A DNA stretch of 64,000 bases from an uncultured Candidatus Saccharibacteria bacterium (lineage in GTDB: Bacteria; Patescibacteriota; Minisyncoccia; Phycocordibacterales; JACOZG01), in contig OZ246403.1 in NCBI GenBank assembly GCA_965230925.1, positions 138,455 to 202,454 on the forward strand, read 5' to 3'. How positions within the stretch are numbered: the first letter of the stretch is position 1; each line of letters opens with the position of its first letter. Position numbers and translations under genes: made by a program. A model generated the notes under the pieces. It did no database searches. It was given only the letters and a program-made list of their open reading frames with translations, and was not told the DNA's origin. This document shows, piece by piece, positions 9,373 through 17,638 of this stretch.

Positions 9373-9511
9373 AGTTATTGACTATTTGAAAGCCTTGACT
9401 TATTCCTTATAGAATGCTAGTCTGTTGGCAGTAAAAGATCGTTGATTTAAGCCAAAAGTGCGGGCTTTTCTAATACGCACTTAAACCATAAAGAGGAAGG
9501 AGGGCTGACAA

Positions 9512-10093
9512 TTGTCAGTAAAAGATATTCTTTCGGCAGCTGCCGGATTACTGTTCCTTGCAGGTTATGTTCCATATATCATTAGTATCTTTCGGGGTAA
9601 CAAGCCGGCAAAGGCCTCCTGGTTAATCTGGGTTAGCCTCGACACCATTAGTTTGGTCGCCATGTATTACGAGAAAACGGTAAACGGCCAAATTCTTGGT
9701 ACAGTAGCAGGAGCCTGGGTAGTTACGGCCCTCGCGATGAAGTACGGCAAACCGGGGTGGAGCAACCTTGATAAGTTCTGCTTGGTTGGGGCAGTCGTGG
9801 GAATCGCTTTGTGGCAATACTTCGATAGTCCAGTCTTGGGTTTGGTTACCAGTCAGGCGGTCACTTTTTTGGGGTCAGTTCCAACATTCGTTTCAGCTTG
9901 GAAAGATCCCTCGCAAGAAGACCGTTTTGCCTGGACTCTCTACTGGCTATCTTGTGTTGCTGCAATGTTTGCAATTCCCTCACCGACAATTGCCCACGTT
10001 ACTCAACCTACAACCTTCTTTATCATCGAGAGTGTCATGATGTACTTACTCTTTGTCAGAAAAAGAGTGAGAATCATTCCTGTTACCGATTAA
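9512..10093 (+). CDS. polytopic membrane protein, paralog 2
   Basis: TTG start with strong SD AGGAAGGAGGG; alignable to paralog 1 (ASWL.W..L.T, SAW..WT motifs). Confidence 0.55.
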   Translation: MSVKDILSAAAGLLFLAGYVPYIISIFRGNKPAKASWLIWVSLDTISLVAMYYEKTVNGQILGTVAGAWVVTALAMKYGKPGWSNLDKFCLVGAVVGIALWQYFDSPVLGLVTSQAVTFLGSVPTFVSAWKDPSQEDRFAWTLYWLSCVAAMFAIPSPTIAHVTQPTTFFIIESVMMYLLFVRKRVRIIPVTD

Positions 10094-10120
10094 GATCGCC
10101 CTCTAAAAATCGATCTGTGA

Positions 10121-10163
10121 GCCCGCTGTCAGTTCCAATGGAACGCGGCGGGCTTTTTCTTTT
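10121..10163 (+). terminator. rho-independent terminator
   Basis: gcccgc...gcgggc hairpin + TTTTTCTTTT. Confidence 0.65.
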
Positions 10164-10247
10164 CTTGGTTTTTATGATAAAAAGATTAGCTGTTGGATAG
10201 AACCTTCCCAAACCATTTTTTCTATAACACGAAAGGAGTCGACGTAA

Positions 10248-10438
10248 TGACAGACTATGACGGTTCCGACACCAGACGTCCCTACGAATGGCCATACATT
10301 GATGACGCAAGGCGAAACAGAAACGGAAGGGTTGAACTCGGGGCGCGACAACGAAAGACGAAAAGCTTTCTTGCCAGCCTTGTCGTGATCGGCGCAGTCG
10401 TTATCGTGTTTTGGAAAATATTTTGGCCTTCGGACTAA
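10248..10438 (+). CDS. small tail-anchored membrane protein (63 aa)
   Basis: ATG with SD AAAGGAG 9 nt upstream; C-terminal TM LASLVVIGAVVIVFW; the listed ORF begins earlier at 10193. Confidence 0.35.
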
Positions 10439-10465
10439 AGGAGGAAAATGGGTTGATAGTTAAGG

Positions 10466-10500
10466 CCTGCCTCGGGGCGGGCTTTATCTTTGTCTTTTTC
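10466..10500 (+). terminator. rho-independent terminator carrying the 22-nt tail CGGGCTTTATCTTTGTCTTTTT
   Basis: Hairpin cctgcc-tcgg-ggcggg + T-rich tail; the tail is identical to the one at 11686-11707. Confidence 0.6.
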
Positions 10501-10611
10501 AGTATGGAACTTGACGAAATCTATTTAATAAGCTAGTTTAATAACCAGTTCGGGCCTTGGCCTGAAAGAGTATGTCCTTTGTTGTTTTGTTGCTATTAGG
10601 GAGAAAAAGCA

Positions 10612-11619
10612 ATGGCAAAGAAAAGGAAGGCCTCCAAGCGTATGGGGGTCAAGGAAACGGGGGCGAGATCGCCCAGGAAAAGATCACCACAAAAGAGAAT
10701 GAGCACGGAAACAGATTCGGTAATTCCGGTCACCGTAGTGAAAACTCCTTCAACACCCCAAGTTGACGTGAAAGAAATGGCAAGGGAAACCGGAATTCCA
10801 CTCGACGCCATTAAGTTGGCGCTCGGTTTGCCGACTGACATCTCATTTTCTGATCAGATGTACTTTGGGGACCTCAAACACCTCGGTCCTCTGTGTCGAG
10901 GTCGGGTCCTCATCCAAACGAATCACTTCGCGGCAGAAGCCATCGACCCCGACAAGCTCGAGCGGGTCGTCCTTCCTCTTACACACCAACTGCACAAGCT
11001 AGCCTGTGCCGAATTGGAAAAGGCCAACACCGTTGGATGCAGCAGGGAACGTTGGCGAGAAATCGCCGACGCTCTCGAACCAGGGTCATCGACCTGGTTC
11101 AAAGCTCAAGCGAGAGTAGAAGACATGGGCTTCGAAGAAATTGTCAACGAAACCAATCTTCGCAATTTGATTACAACTCTGAATGGGGGCAAGATCCCCA
11201 TCGGCAGTGGGTTATGGAGCAGGGCAGTTGATGTCTTCCGGGGCTTACTCGAAACAGACTTGCGACGAGCTGGCACGAATGAAAACGTCGAATGGCTACT
11301 CGCACAACGCCAGGGGTTGGAACACCTTGTGTCATTGGATTTCTTTTACAATTGCATGGAGGAATGGTTCCGTGTCACCGACGATGCGGCTGCCCTCGCT
11401 GAAAAACTAGCGGGCAGCGACATCAACCAAAGAAGTCTCGCCTGGAAGGTGGGATCGCAAAAACTCAGTGGAATACTCAGTGATGAGATGAAAACGAACG
11501 ACGAGATTCCACTCGAACGACTCGTCGCAATCTATCAGATGGCTCCTGCAGGAAGCGAAGTCAAGCAGGAAGCGATCCTGAGAATGTCCGAACTCTTCCA
11601 AACATCGGCAGCGGCGTAA
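10612..11619 (+). CDS. hypothetical protein with Lys/Arg-rich N-terminus
   Basis: SD AGGGAG 8 nt upstream of the ATG; TTGACG -35-like box upstream; all-helical body without recognisable motifs. Confidence 0.5.
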   Translation: MAKKRKASKRMGVKETGARSPRKRSPQKRMSTETDSVIPVTVVKTPSTPQVDVKEMARETGIPLDAIKLALGLPTDISFSDQMYFGDLKHLGPLCRGRVLIQTNHFAAEAIDPDKLERVVLPLTHQLHKLACAELEKANTVGCSRERWREIADALEPGSSTWFKAQARVEDMGFEEIVNETNLRNLITTLNGGKIPIGSGLWSRAVDVFRGLLETDLRRAGTNENVEWLLAQRQGLEHLVSLDFFYNCMEEWFRVTDDAAALAEKLAGSDINQRSLAWKVGSQKLSGILSDEMKTNDEIPLERLVAIYQMAPAGSEVKQEAILRMSELFQTSAAA

Positions 11620-11657
11620 ACTGTCGGGAAGTTCCAATAGCACCAACCTTTAGCGAA

Positions 11658-11707
11658 GCCCGTCGTTTGTTCACCAGAACAGCGACGGGCTTTATCTTTG
11701 TCTTTTT
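11658..11707 (+). terminator. rho-independent terminator, second copy of the 22-nt tail
   Basis: 8-bp stem gcccgtcg/cgacgggc + the same tail CGGGCTTTATCTTTGTCTTTTT. Confidence 0.65.
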
Positions 11708-11735
11708 GGGTAAAAGAGACTAGAATATCGAAACT

Positions 11736-13049
11736 ATGGCAAGTAGTGGAAAATTTGTAATAAAGGGCTCAGCAAATAGCCGGAATTTGACGGGTGAGGT
11801 GAAGGTGAGCGGGGCGAAAAATGACGCCTTGCCGGCCTTTGCTTCGGCCTTATTGTTCAAAGACGAATTGAACTTGAGTAATGTGCCGGCGATTTCTGAC
11901 ATCGACGCGATGGCCAAACTCTTGAGTGGTCTGGGTGCCACAGTGGAAAGTGAGGGTGGAGAAAGTGGAAGGCCTGCCTTGCCGGCAGGCAGGTGGAAAG
12001 TAGTGTTGGGAAAAAAAATTAGTTCTACCCTCGATCCCGAGATTGCCAAGCGCTTCCGTGGTTCTATTACACTTCTTGGCCCAGTGCTCGCCCGGACACA
12101 TGAAGTAGTTTTTCCACACCCGGGCGGCTGCGTCATTGGCGAGCGGCCAATTGATATTTTCCTCAAAGGCTTCGAGGCGCTTGGCGCCACCGTAACGGAG
12201 CACGATAATCGCTATCACCTCAAGGCACCGGAAGGTCTACATGGTGCAGAGTTTTTCTTTAAATATCAAAGTGTCACCGCCACAGAAACCTTGATGATGG
12301 CCGCGGTTCTCGCGAAGGGAAAAACCGTTTTGAAAAACGCTGCCATGGAACCTGAGGTCATCGCCCTCGGCGAATTCTTGATCCAAGCGGGAGCAAAAAT
12401 TACAGGACTCGGCAGTAATACGATTGAAATTGTGGGTGGCGAATTATTGTCGGGTCAAAACCTTGTTCGCGAAATTATTCCCGATCGCATTGAGGCGGGA
12501 AGCTTCGTGATTCTCGGTGCCCTAGCGGGTAAAAACGTCGCAGTTAAAAATTTAAACGCTAATCATCTCCAATCTCTCACCAACACGCTGACCGAAATGG
12601 GCGTGCAGTTAGAAATTAAACCTGACCAAATTACTATTTTGGGCCGAGCAGAAAAATTGAAGCCGGTGAATCTCCGCACTCATGAATATCCGGGTTTTCC
12701 CACCGATCTCCAGGCACCAATGGCCGTGCTCCTCACTCAAGCGAGTGGCCGAAGCACCATCTTTGAAACTATTTTTGAAGGTCGACTCGGCTATTTAGAA
12801 ACGCTCAAAATGATGGGTGCGCAAGCCTGGATTCATGACCCTCATCAAGCTACGGTTGAAGGACCAACCCCGCTAAGTGGTCAAGAAGTGGTGAGTCCTG
12901 ACCTCCGCGCTGGTCTGGCCTATATTCTCGCGGGTATTGTCGCCAACGGTCAAACGATTGTACACAATGTGCATTACGTGGAGCGGGGATACGAAAAAAT
13001 TGAAGAAAAACTCGCTGGTCTTGGCGTTCAGATTGTTAAAGAAGGGTAA
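11736..13049 (+). CDS. murA: UDP-N-acetylglucosamine 1-carboxyvinyltransferase
   Basis: MurA motifs VSGAKNDALP and C-terminal EPT fold; 437 aa. Confidence 0.9.
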   Translation: MASSGKFVIKGSANSRNLTGEVKVSGAKNDALPAFASALLFKDELNLSNVPAISDIDAMAKLLSGLGATVESEGGESGRPALPAGRWKVVLGKKISSTLDPEIAKRFRGSITLLGPVLARTHEVVFPHPGGCVIGERPIDIFLKGFEALGATVTEHDNRYHLKAPEGLHGAEFFFKYQSVTATETLMMAAVLAKGKTVLKNAAMEPEVIALGEFLIQAGAKITGLGSNTIEIVGGELLSGQNLVREIIPDRIEAGSFVILGALAGKNVAVKNLNANHLQSLTNTLTEMGVQLEIKPDQITILGRAEKLKPVNLRTHEYPGFPTDLQAPMAVLLTQASGRSTIFETIFEGRLGYLETLKMMGAQAWIHDPHQATVEGPTPLSGQEVVSPDLRAGLAYILAGIVANGQTIVHNVHYVERGYEKIEEKLAGLGVQIVKEG

Positions 13050-14063
13050 ATGTCGATTTTCACCAGACAATTGGGCATTGACCTCGGGACAGCGAACACC
13101 TTGGTCTTCATGCCGGGCAAGGGAATTGTGCTCAATGAGCCGTCAGTCGTTGCCATTTCTCTCTTCGATAATAAAATTGTGGCGGTAGGCCTGGAAGCGA
13201 AGGACATGGTAGGCAAAACGCCTGACACGATTAAAGCCTATCGGCCGATGAGAGATGGAGTGATTGCCGATTATCGTGTGACGGAAGCCATGTTGCGCTA
13301 TTACATTAACAAGGCGCTCGGAAAATTTAATATTTGGAAGCCAGAAGTAATGATCTCCGTCCCAGCTGGCGTCACAAGCACCGAGCGGCGCGCGGTGGTG
13401 GAGGCGGCGATTAAGGCGGGAGCGAAAAACGCCTTCGTGGTGAAGGAACCAATTCTTGCGGCCATTGGCGCCGGTGTCCCAATTCAAGAAGCGCGAGGAC
13501 ACATGATTGTAGATATTGGCGGCGGAACCACGGATGTGGCCGTAATTTCTCTCGGCGGTATTGTGGCCGCAACTTCCGTGAAGCATGCGGGCAATAAGCT
13601 CGACCAAGCGATTGTGGACTATATTAAAAAGACTTTTAACCTCGCGATTGGCGACAAAACCGCGGAAGAAGTGAAAATAAAAATTGGCTCAGCCGTGCCG
13701 ATTGAAGATGAGCTCGTGCACACGATTAAAGGCCGCGACTTAATGACAGGCTTACCGCGCTTTGCCGAAGTGAAGACGAATGAAATTACAAAAGCAATTG
13801 AGCCAGAACTAAAAGAAATTATTAAAGCGATTCGCACCGTCTTCCAAGAAACGCCGCCCGAGCTCGCGGCAGATATTATTGACCACAGCATTATCATGAG
13901 TGGCGGTTCATCACTCTTGCGCAATCTTCCTGAACTCGTGTATCGCCGCACGGGGGTGAAGGCCACGGTGGCCGACGACGCTCTCTTTTGCGTAGTAAAG
14001 GGAACCGGCGTGGCTCTTGATCACCTCGGGACGTATAAAAAGAGTGTGCTCGCCAAGCGCTAA
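13050..14063 (+). CDS. mreB: rod-shape determining actin homolog MreB (copy 1)
   Basis: GIDLGTANTLVF phosphate-1 motif; MreB/Hsp70 actin-like fold throughout. Confidence 0.9.
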   Translation: MSIFTRQLGIDLGTANTLVFMPGKGIVLNEPSVVAISLFDNKIVAVGLEAKDMVGKTPDTIKAYRPMRDGVIADYRVTEAMLRYYINKALGKFNIWKPEVMISVPAGVTSTERRAVVEAAIKAGAKNAFVVKEPILAAIGAGVPIQEARGHMIVDIGGGTTDVAVISLGGIVAATSVKHAGNKLDQAIVDYIKKTFNLAIGDKTAEEVKIKIGSAVPIEDELVHTIKGRDLMTGLPRFAEVKTNEITKAIEPELKEIIKAIRTVFQETPPELAADIIDHSIIMSGGSSLLRNLPELVYRRTGVKATVADDALFCVVKGTGVALDHLGTYKKSVLAKR

Positions 14064-14681
14064 ATGAAACTCGAACATCATGCGTATTTGATAATTGGGG
14101 AAGCGGGGGAATTGATTGCTGATTTAAAAAATTCGCATCCGAGCGCGCGGCATCATAAATTTGAGAGGCTGGGCATTGACGATAGCCGCGCACTTGCCGC
14201 TGATCAAAGTCAAACGGCCTGGAGTGGCGAAATTAAGCTCTTTATTCTCGAAATTGTTGATGCTACAGTTGAGGCCCAAAACGCTCTTTTGAAAATGTTG
14301 GAGGAGCCAACAGCTGGAACTCACTTTATTCTCATCGTACCCTCGGCCGAGATTTTACTCTCAACAGTACGCTCACGATTACAAAAGATATCACCACCCC
14401 CTGCCTACCGGCAGGCAGGCCAACCCTCTTCCCAAAGGGGAGGGGAACACGCTCAAGAATTCCTGAAAATGATTCCCGCCAAGCGGCTTGAGTGGCTTAA
14501 GAACACTGAATTACCAAGTAATTTCCTCGACCAACTTGAGCAAGTGATAGCAGAAAAAAAAGACTTAACCGCTTACGCCGAACTCGCCTTGGTACGAAAA
14601 AAGTGGCACATACCAGGAGCGAGTCATAAATTACTTTTAGAACATTTGGCTGTTACTTTACCGGTTTTTGTATTAAGATAG
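14064..14681 (+). CDS. holB: DNA polymerase III delta-prime-like clamp-loader subunit (short)
   Basis: HAYLIIG with degenerate P-loop; LLKMLEEP..THFILI..STVRSR box typical of delta-prime. Confidence 0.65.
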   Translation: MKLEHHAYLIIGEAGELIADLKNSHPSARHHKFERLGIDDSRALAADQSQTAWSGEIKLFILEIVDATVEAQNALLKMLEEPTAGTHFILIVPSAEILLSTVRSRLQKISPPPAYRQAGQPSSQRGGEHAQEFLKMIPAKRLEWLKNTELPSNFLDQLEQVIAEKKDLTAYAELALVRKKWHIPGASHKLLLEHLAVTLPVFVLR

Positions 14682-14686
14682 CGGAT

Positions 14687-15241
14687 ATGGCATACGATTT
14701 TGGTAGTTTTAAGAGCAAAGTGAAAGAGGTCGAGACCTGGTTTAGTAAAGAACTTTCCTCGGTGCGGACGGGTCGGGCCACGCCCGCGATTCTTGATGGA
14801 ATTACGGTCAAGGCTTATGGCGGCGAGCGCACACCCGTGTCTCATCTCGCGAGCATTGCGGTCGAAGATGCGCGGACTTTGCGCGTGACCCCGTGGGACA
14901 AGGCTCAGATTAAAGAAATTGACGCCGCCATTGCCACCGCCAATTTGGGGGTCTCGGTCGCGGCTGACGGCACTGGCCTGCGGGTAATTTTTCCTTCGCT
15001 CACAGAAGAAAACCGCGGCACGCTGGCGAAGGTCGTGAGCAAAAAACTTGAAGAAGCTAGAATTAGTTTGCGCCGTGAGCGTGAAGAAGTGTGGAATGAT
15101 ATTCAGGCGAAGGAAAAGGAAGGGAAGTTAAGTGAGGACGAGAAATTTAAAGGTAAAACAGAACTTCAGAAACTGGTTGATGAGGGAAATGCAATGCTAG
15201 ATAAAATTGCGACCAGTAAAGAAACCGAGATTCGCGGCTAA
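14687..15241 (+). CDS. frr: ribosome recycling factor
   Basis: Full-length RRF similarity (VRTGRA...PWDK). Confidence 0.9.
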   Translation: MAYDFGSFKSKVKEVETWFSKELSSVRTGRATPAILDGITVKAYGGERTPVSHLASIAVEDARTLRVTPWDKAQIKEIDAAIATANLGVSVAADGTGLRVIFPSLTEENRGTLAKVVSKKLEEARISLRREREEVWNDIQAKEKEGKLSEDEKFKGKTELQKLVDEGNAMLDKIATSKETEIRG

Positions 15242-15247
15242 ATTATT

Positions 15248-16369
15248 ATGAATATTATTATCTTTCTAATCATTTTGGGTTTACTCGTCTTTACCCATGA
15301 ATTGGGACACTTTTTGGCCGCCAAGAAGTCGGGGATTCGCGTGGATGAATTTGGCCTCGGCTTCCCACCGCGCGTGTGGGGAGTAAAGCGCGGCGAAACT
15401 ATTTATTCGATCAACTGGCTACCGTTTGGCGGCTTCGTAAAAATCTTTGGCGAAAATCCGGATGAAGAATCAACTTCGGGCCCCGATTCGGGCCGAAGCA
15501 TGATTCATAAGCCAAAACATATTCAAGCAATGGTCTTGGTCGCTGGAGTTTTCTTCAACTTCCTTTTTGCTTGGATCTTGATCGCGCTAGGGTTCGCCAC
15601 GGTTGGCATTCCTACAGCAGAAAGTAATTTTGGTAATAATTATCCCCTCGAGAATGCCGCACTGGTGGTGACTGGCGTTCTCCCTGGTTCACCCGCCGAG
15701 ATGGCCGGCTTAGAAGTCGGTGATAAAGTTTTAAAAGTTAGCAATACTGACGGCACAAAGGTTCTCACCGAACCGAGCGCCGAAGAAACGCGACAATTCA
15801 TTGCGGGTTCAAACGGCAAGATAATAATGAGCTTGATCCGCCAACCTGAGCAAAGCACACAGGAAATCACGGTTGAACCCATCACCGGCCTCATTGCTGG
15901 CGAGCCAAACAAGTTCGCTGTTGGCATTGGCCTCGATCGGGCCGGGATTCTTAAATTACCTTTACACCTAGCTATCTGGGAAGGCGGGAGGGCGACAATT
16001 AACCTCACGGTGGCCACGGTGCTCGGCTTCGGCCAACTTATTTCTGAACTCATTAAAGGCGAGGGTAATTTACTCGCGCAAGTGACCGGGCCAGTCGGAC
16101 TCGTAGGTCTCGTAGGTGATGCCAGTCGGCTCGGGATTGCTTACTTACTCTCATTCACTGCGCTTATTTCCATTAACCTTGCCGTGCTCAATCTCGTCCC
16201 ATTCCCGGCGCTTGATGGCGGCCGCTTACTCTTCCTCTTGATTGAGAAAATTAAAGGCTCACCCATCACGCCCAAGATCGCCAATGCCGTTAATCTTGCC
16301 GGTTTTGCCCTCCTTCTCCTTCTCATGCTCGCCGTGACCTATAAAGATATTGTTCGACTCGTTTCTTAA
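15248..16369 (+). CDS. rseP: RIP zinc metalloprotease RseP (site-2 protease) with PDZ domain
   Basis: HELGH zinc motif in first TM region, PDZ domain, LDGG motif. Confidence 0.85.
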   Translation: MNIIIFLIILGLLVFTHELGHFLAAKKSGIRVDEFGLGFPPRVWGVKRGETIYSINWLPFGGFVKIFGENPDEESTSGPDSGRSMIHKPKHIQAMVLVAGVFFNFLFAWILIALGFATVGIPTAESNFGNNYPLENAALVVTGVLPGSPAEMAGLEVGDKVLKVSNTDGTKVLTEPSAEETRQFIAGSNGKIIMSLIRQPEQSTQEITVEPITGLIAGEPNKFAVGIGLDRAGILKLPLHLAIWEGGRATINLTVATVLGFGQLISELIKGEGNLLAQVTGPVGLVGLVGDASRLGIAYLLSFTALISINLAVLNLVPFPALDGGRLLFLLIEKIKGSPITPKIANAVNLAGFALLLLLMLAVTYKDIVRLVS

Positions 16370-16402
16370 TTGTTTGCTATTGTAAAGCTTTTTCAGTAAG
16401 AT

Positions 16403-17638
16403 TTGGGGGTAATGCGACAAACGCAGCTTTTTAGTAAAACGAGGAAAGAGGGGCCGAAGGATGAGGTGGCGAAGAATGCGTCGCTTCTGGTTCGGGCTGG
16501 TTTCGTCGACAAAGAAATGGCGGGTGTTTACTCTTACTTGCCGCTTGGTTTGCAAGTGTTAAAAAATATTGAAAACTTGATTCGGGAGGAAATGAACGCG
16601 CTCGGTGCTCAGGAAGTGTTGTTGCCATCGCTTCAACCAAAGGAAAATTGGCAAAAAACCGGTCGTTGGGACTCGATGGACGATCTCTATAAAATCCGCG
16701 ATTCGAGCGATCGCGAATTGGCGCTTGGTCCGACACATGAAGAAGTTGTCACGCCGCTAGTGGGACAATTCTTGAGCTCTTATCACGATTTACCATTCTC
16801 GGTTTACCAATTCCAGAATAAATTCCGGATGGAAAAGCGCGCTAAATCTGGCCTCCTGCGCGGGCGCGAGTTCTTGATGAAGGATCTTTACTCTTTCCAC
16901 CGTACGGAAGGTGATTTGAATGAATTTTACGAGCGTGCGATTACCGCGTATCAAAATATTTTTAAGGCTGTTGGTCTGGGTGAAAAAACGTATTTAACTC
17001 TCGCTTCTGGCGGTGCTTTCTCGAGCGAATTCTCACATGAATTCCAAACGGTCACTGATTCTGGTGAGGACACTATCCATCTGTGCGAATCATGCAAGGT
17101 CGCAATTAATGATGAAATTTTTGAGAATCAAAAAACTTGTCCGAAATGTGGTAGCGATAAATTAGAAACTAAAAAATCGATTGAGGTTGGTAATATTTTC
17201 AAACTGGGAACGAAGTATACCAGCGCCTTCGGCGTGAGTTACAAGGACGAATCGGGTACGAACCAAACGCCGATTATGGGCTGTTATGGCCTTGGCTTGG
17301 GCCGCCTCATGGGCACGGTGGCGGAAGTCTTAAGCGATGAAAAGGGCTTAGTGTGGCCGCAAAACATCTCACCGTTTGATCTACATGTTATCGAGTTGCC
17401 AGGCGGTGACGCAAAAATTGTTCAAGACTTAGAGGCTAAAGGTGTAACCATTCTTCATGACGATCGTGACAAGCGGGCGGGGGAAAAGTTTACCGAGAGC
17501 GAACTCCTTGGTCTCTCGTGGCGACTGGTAATAAGCGAAAAAAGTCGCGAAGGTAATTGGGAACTTAAGAATCGCCGCACGGGCGAAGTAATGACCGCAA
17601 AAAATGTGGAAGAAATTTTACGAATTATTCAGAAATGA
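16403..17638 (+). CDS. proS: prolyl-tRNA synthetase, short form lacking the INS editing domain
   Basis: Bacterial ProRS N-terminus (LLVRAGF..YSYLPLG), class II motifs, C-terminal anticodon-binding domain; 411 aa. Confidence 0.85.
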   Translation: MGVMRQTQLFSKTRKEGPKDEVAKNASLLVRAGFVDKEMAGVYSYLPLGLQVLKNIENLIREEMNALGAQEVLLPSLQPKENWQKTGRWDSMDDLYKIRDSSDRELALGPTHEEVVTPLVGQFLSSYHDLPFSVYQFQNKFRMEKRAKSGLLRGREFLMKDLYSFHRTEGDLNEFYERAITAYQNIFKAVGLGEKTYLTLASGGAFSSEFSHEFQTVTDSGEDTIHLCESCKVAINDEIFENQKTCPKCGSDKLETKKSIEVGNIFKLGTKYTSAFGVSYKDESGTNQTPIMGCYGLGLGRLMGTVAEVLSDEKGLVWPQNISPFDLHVIELPGGDAKIVQDLEAKGVTILHDDRDKRAGEKFTESELLGLSWRLVISEKSREGNWELKNRRTGEVMTAKNVEEILRIIQK

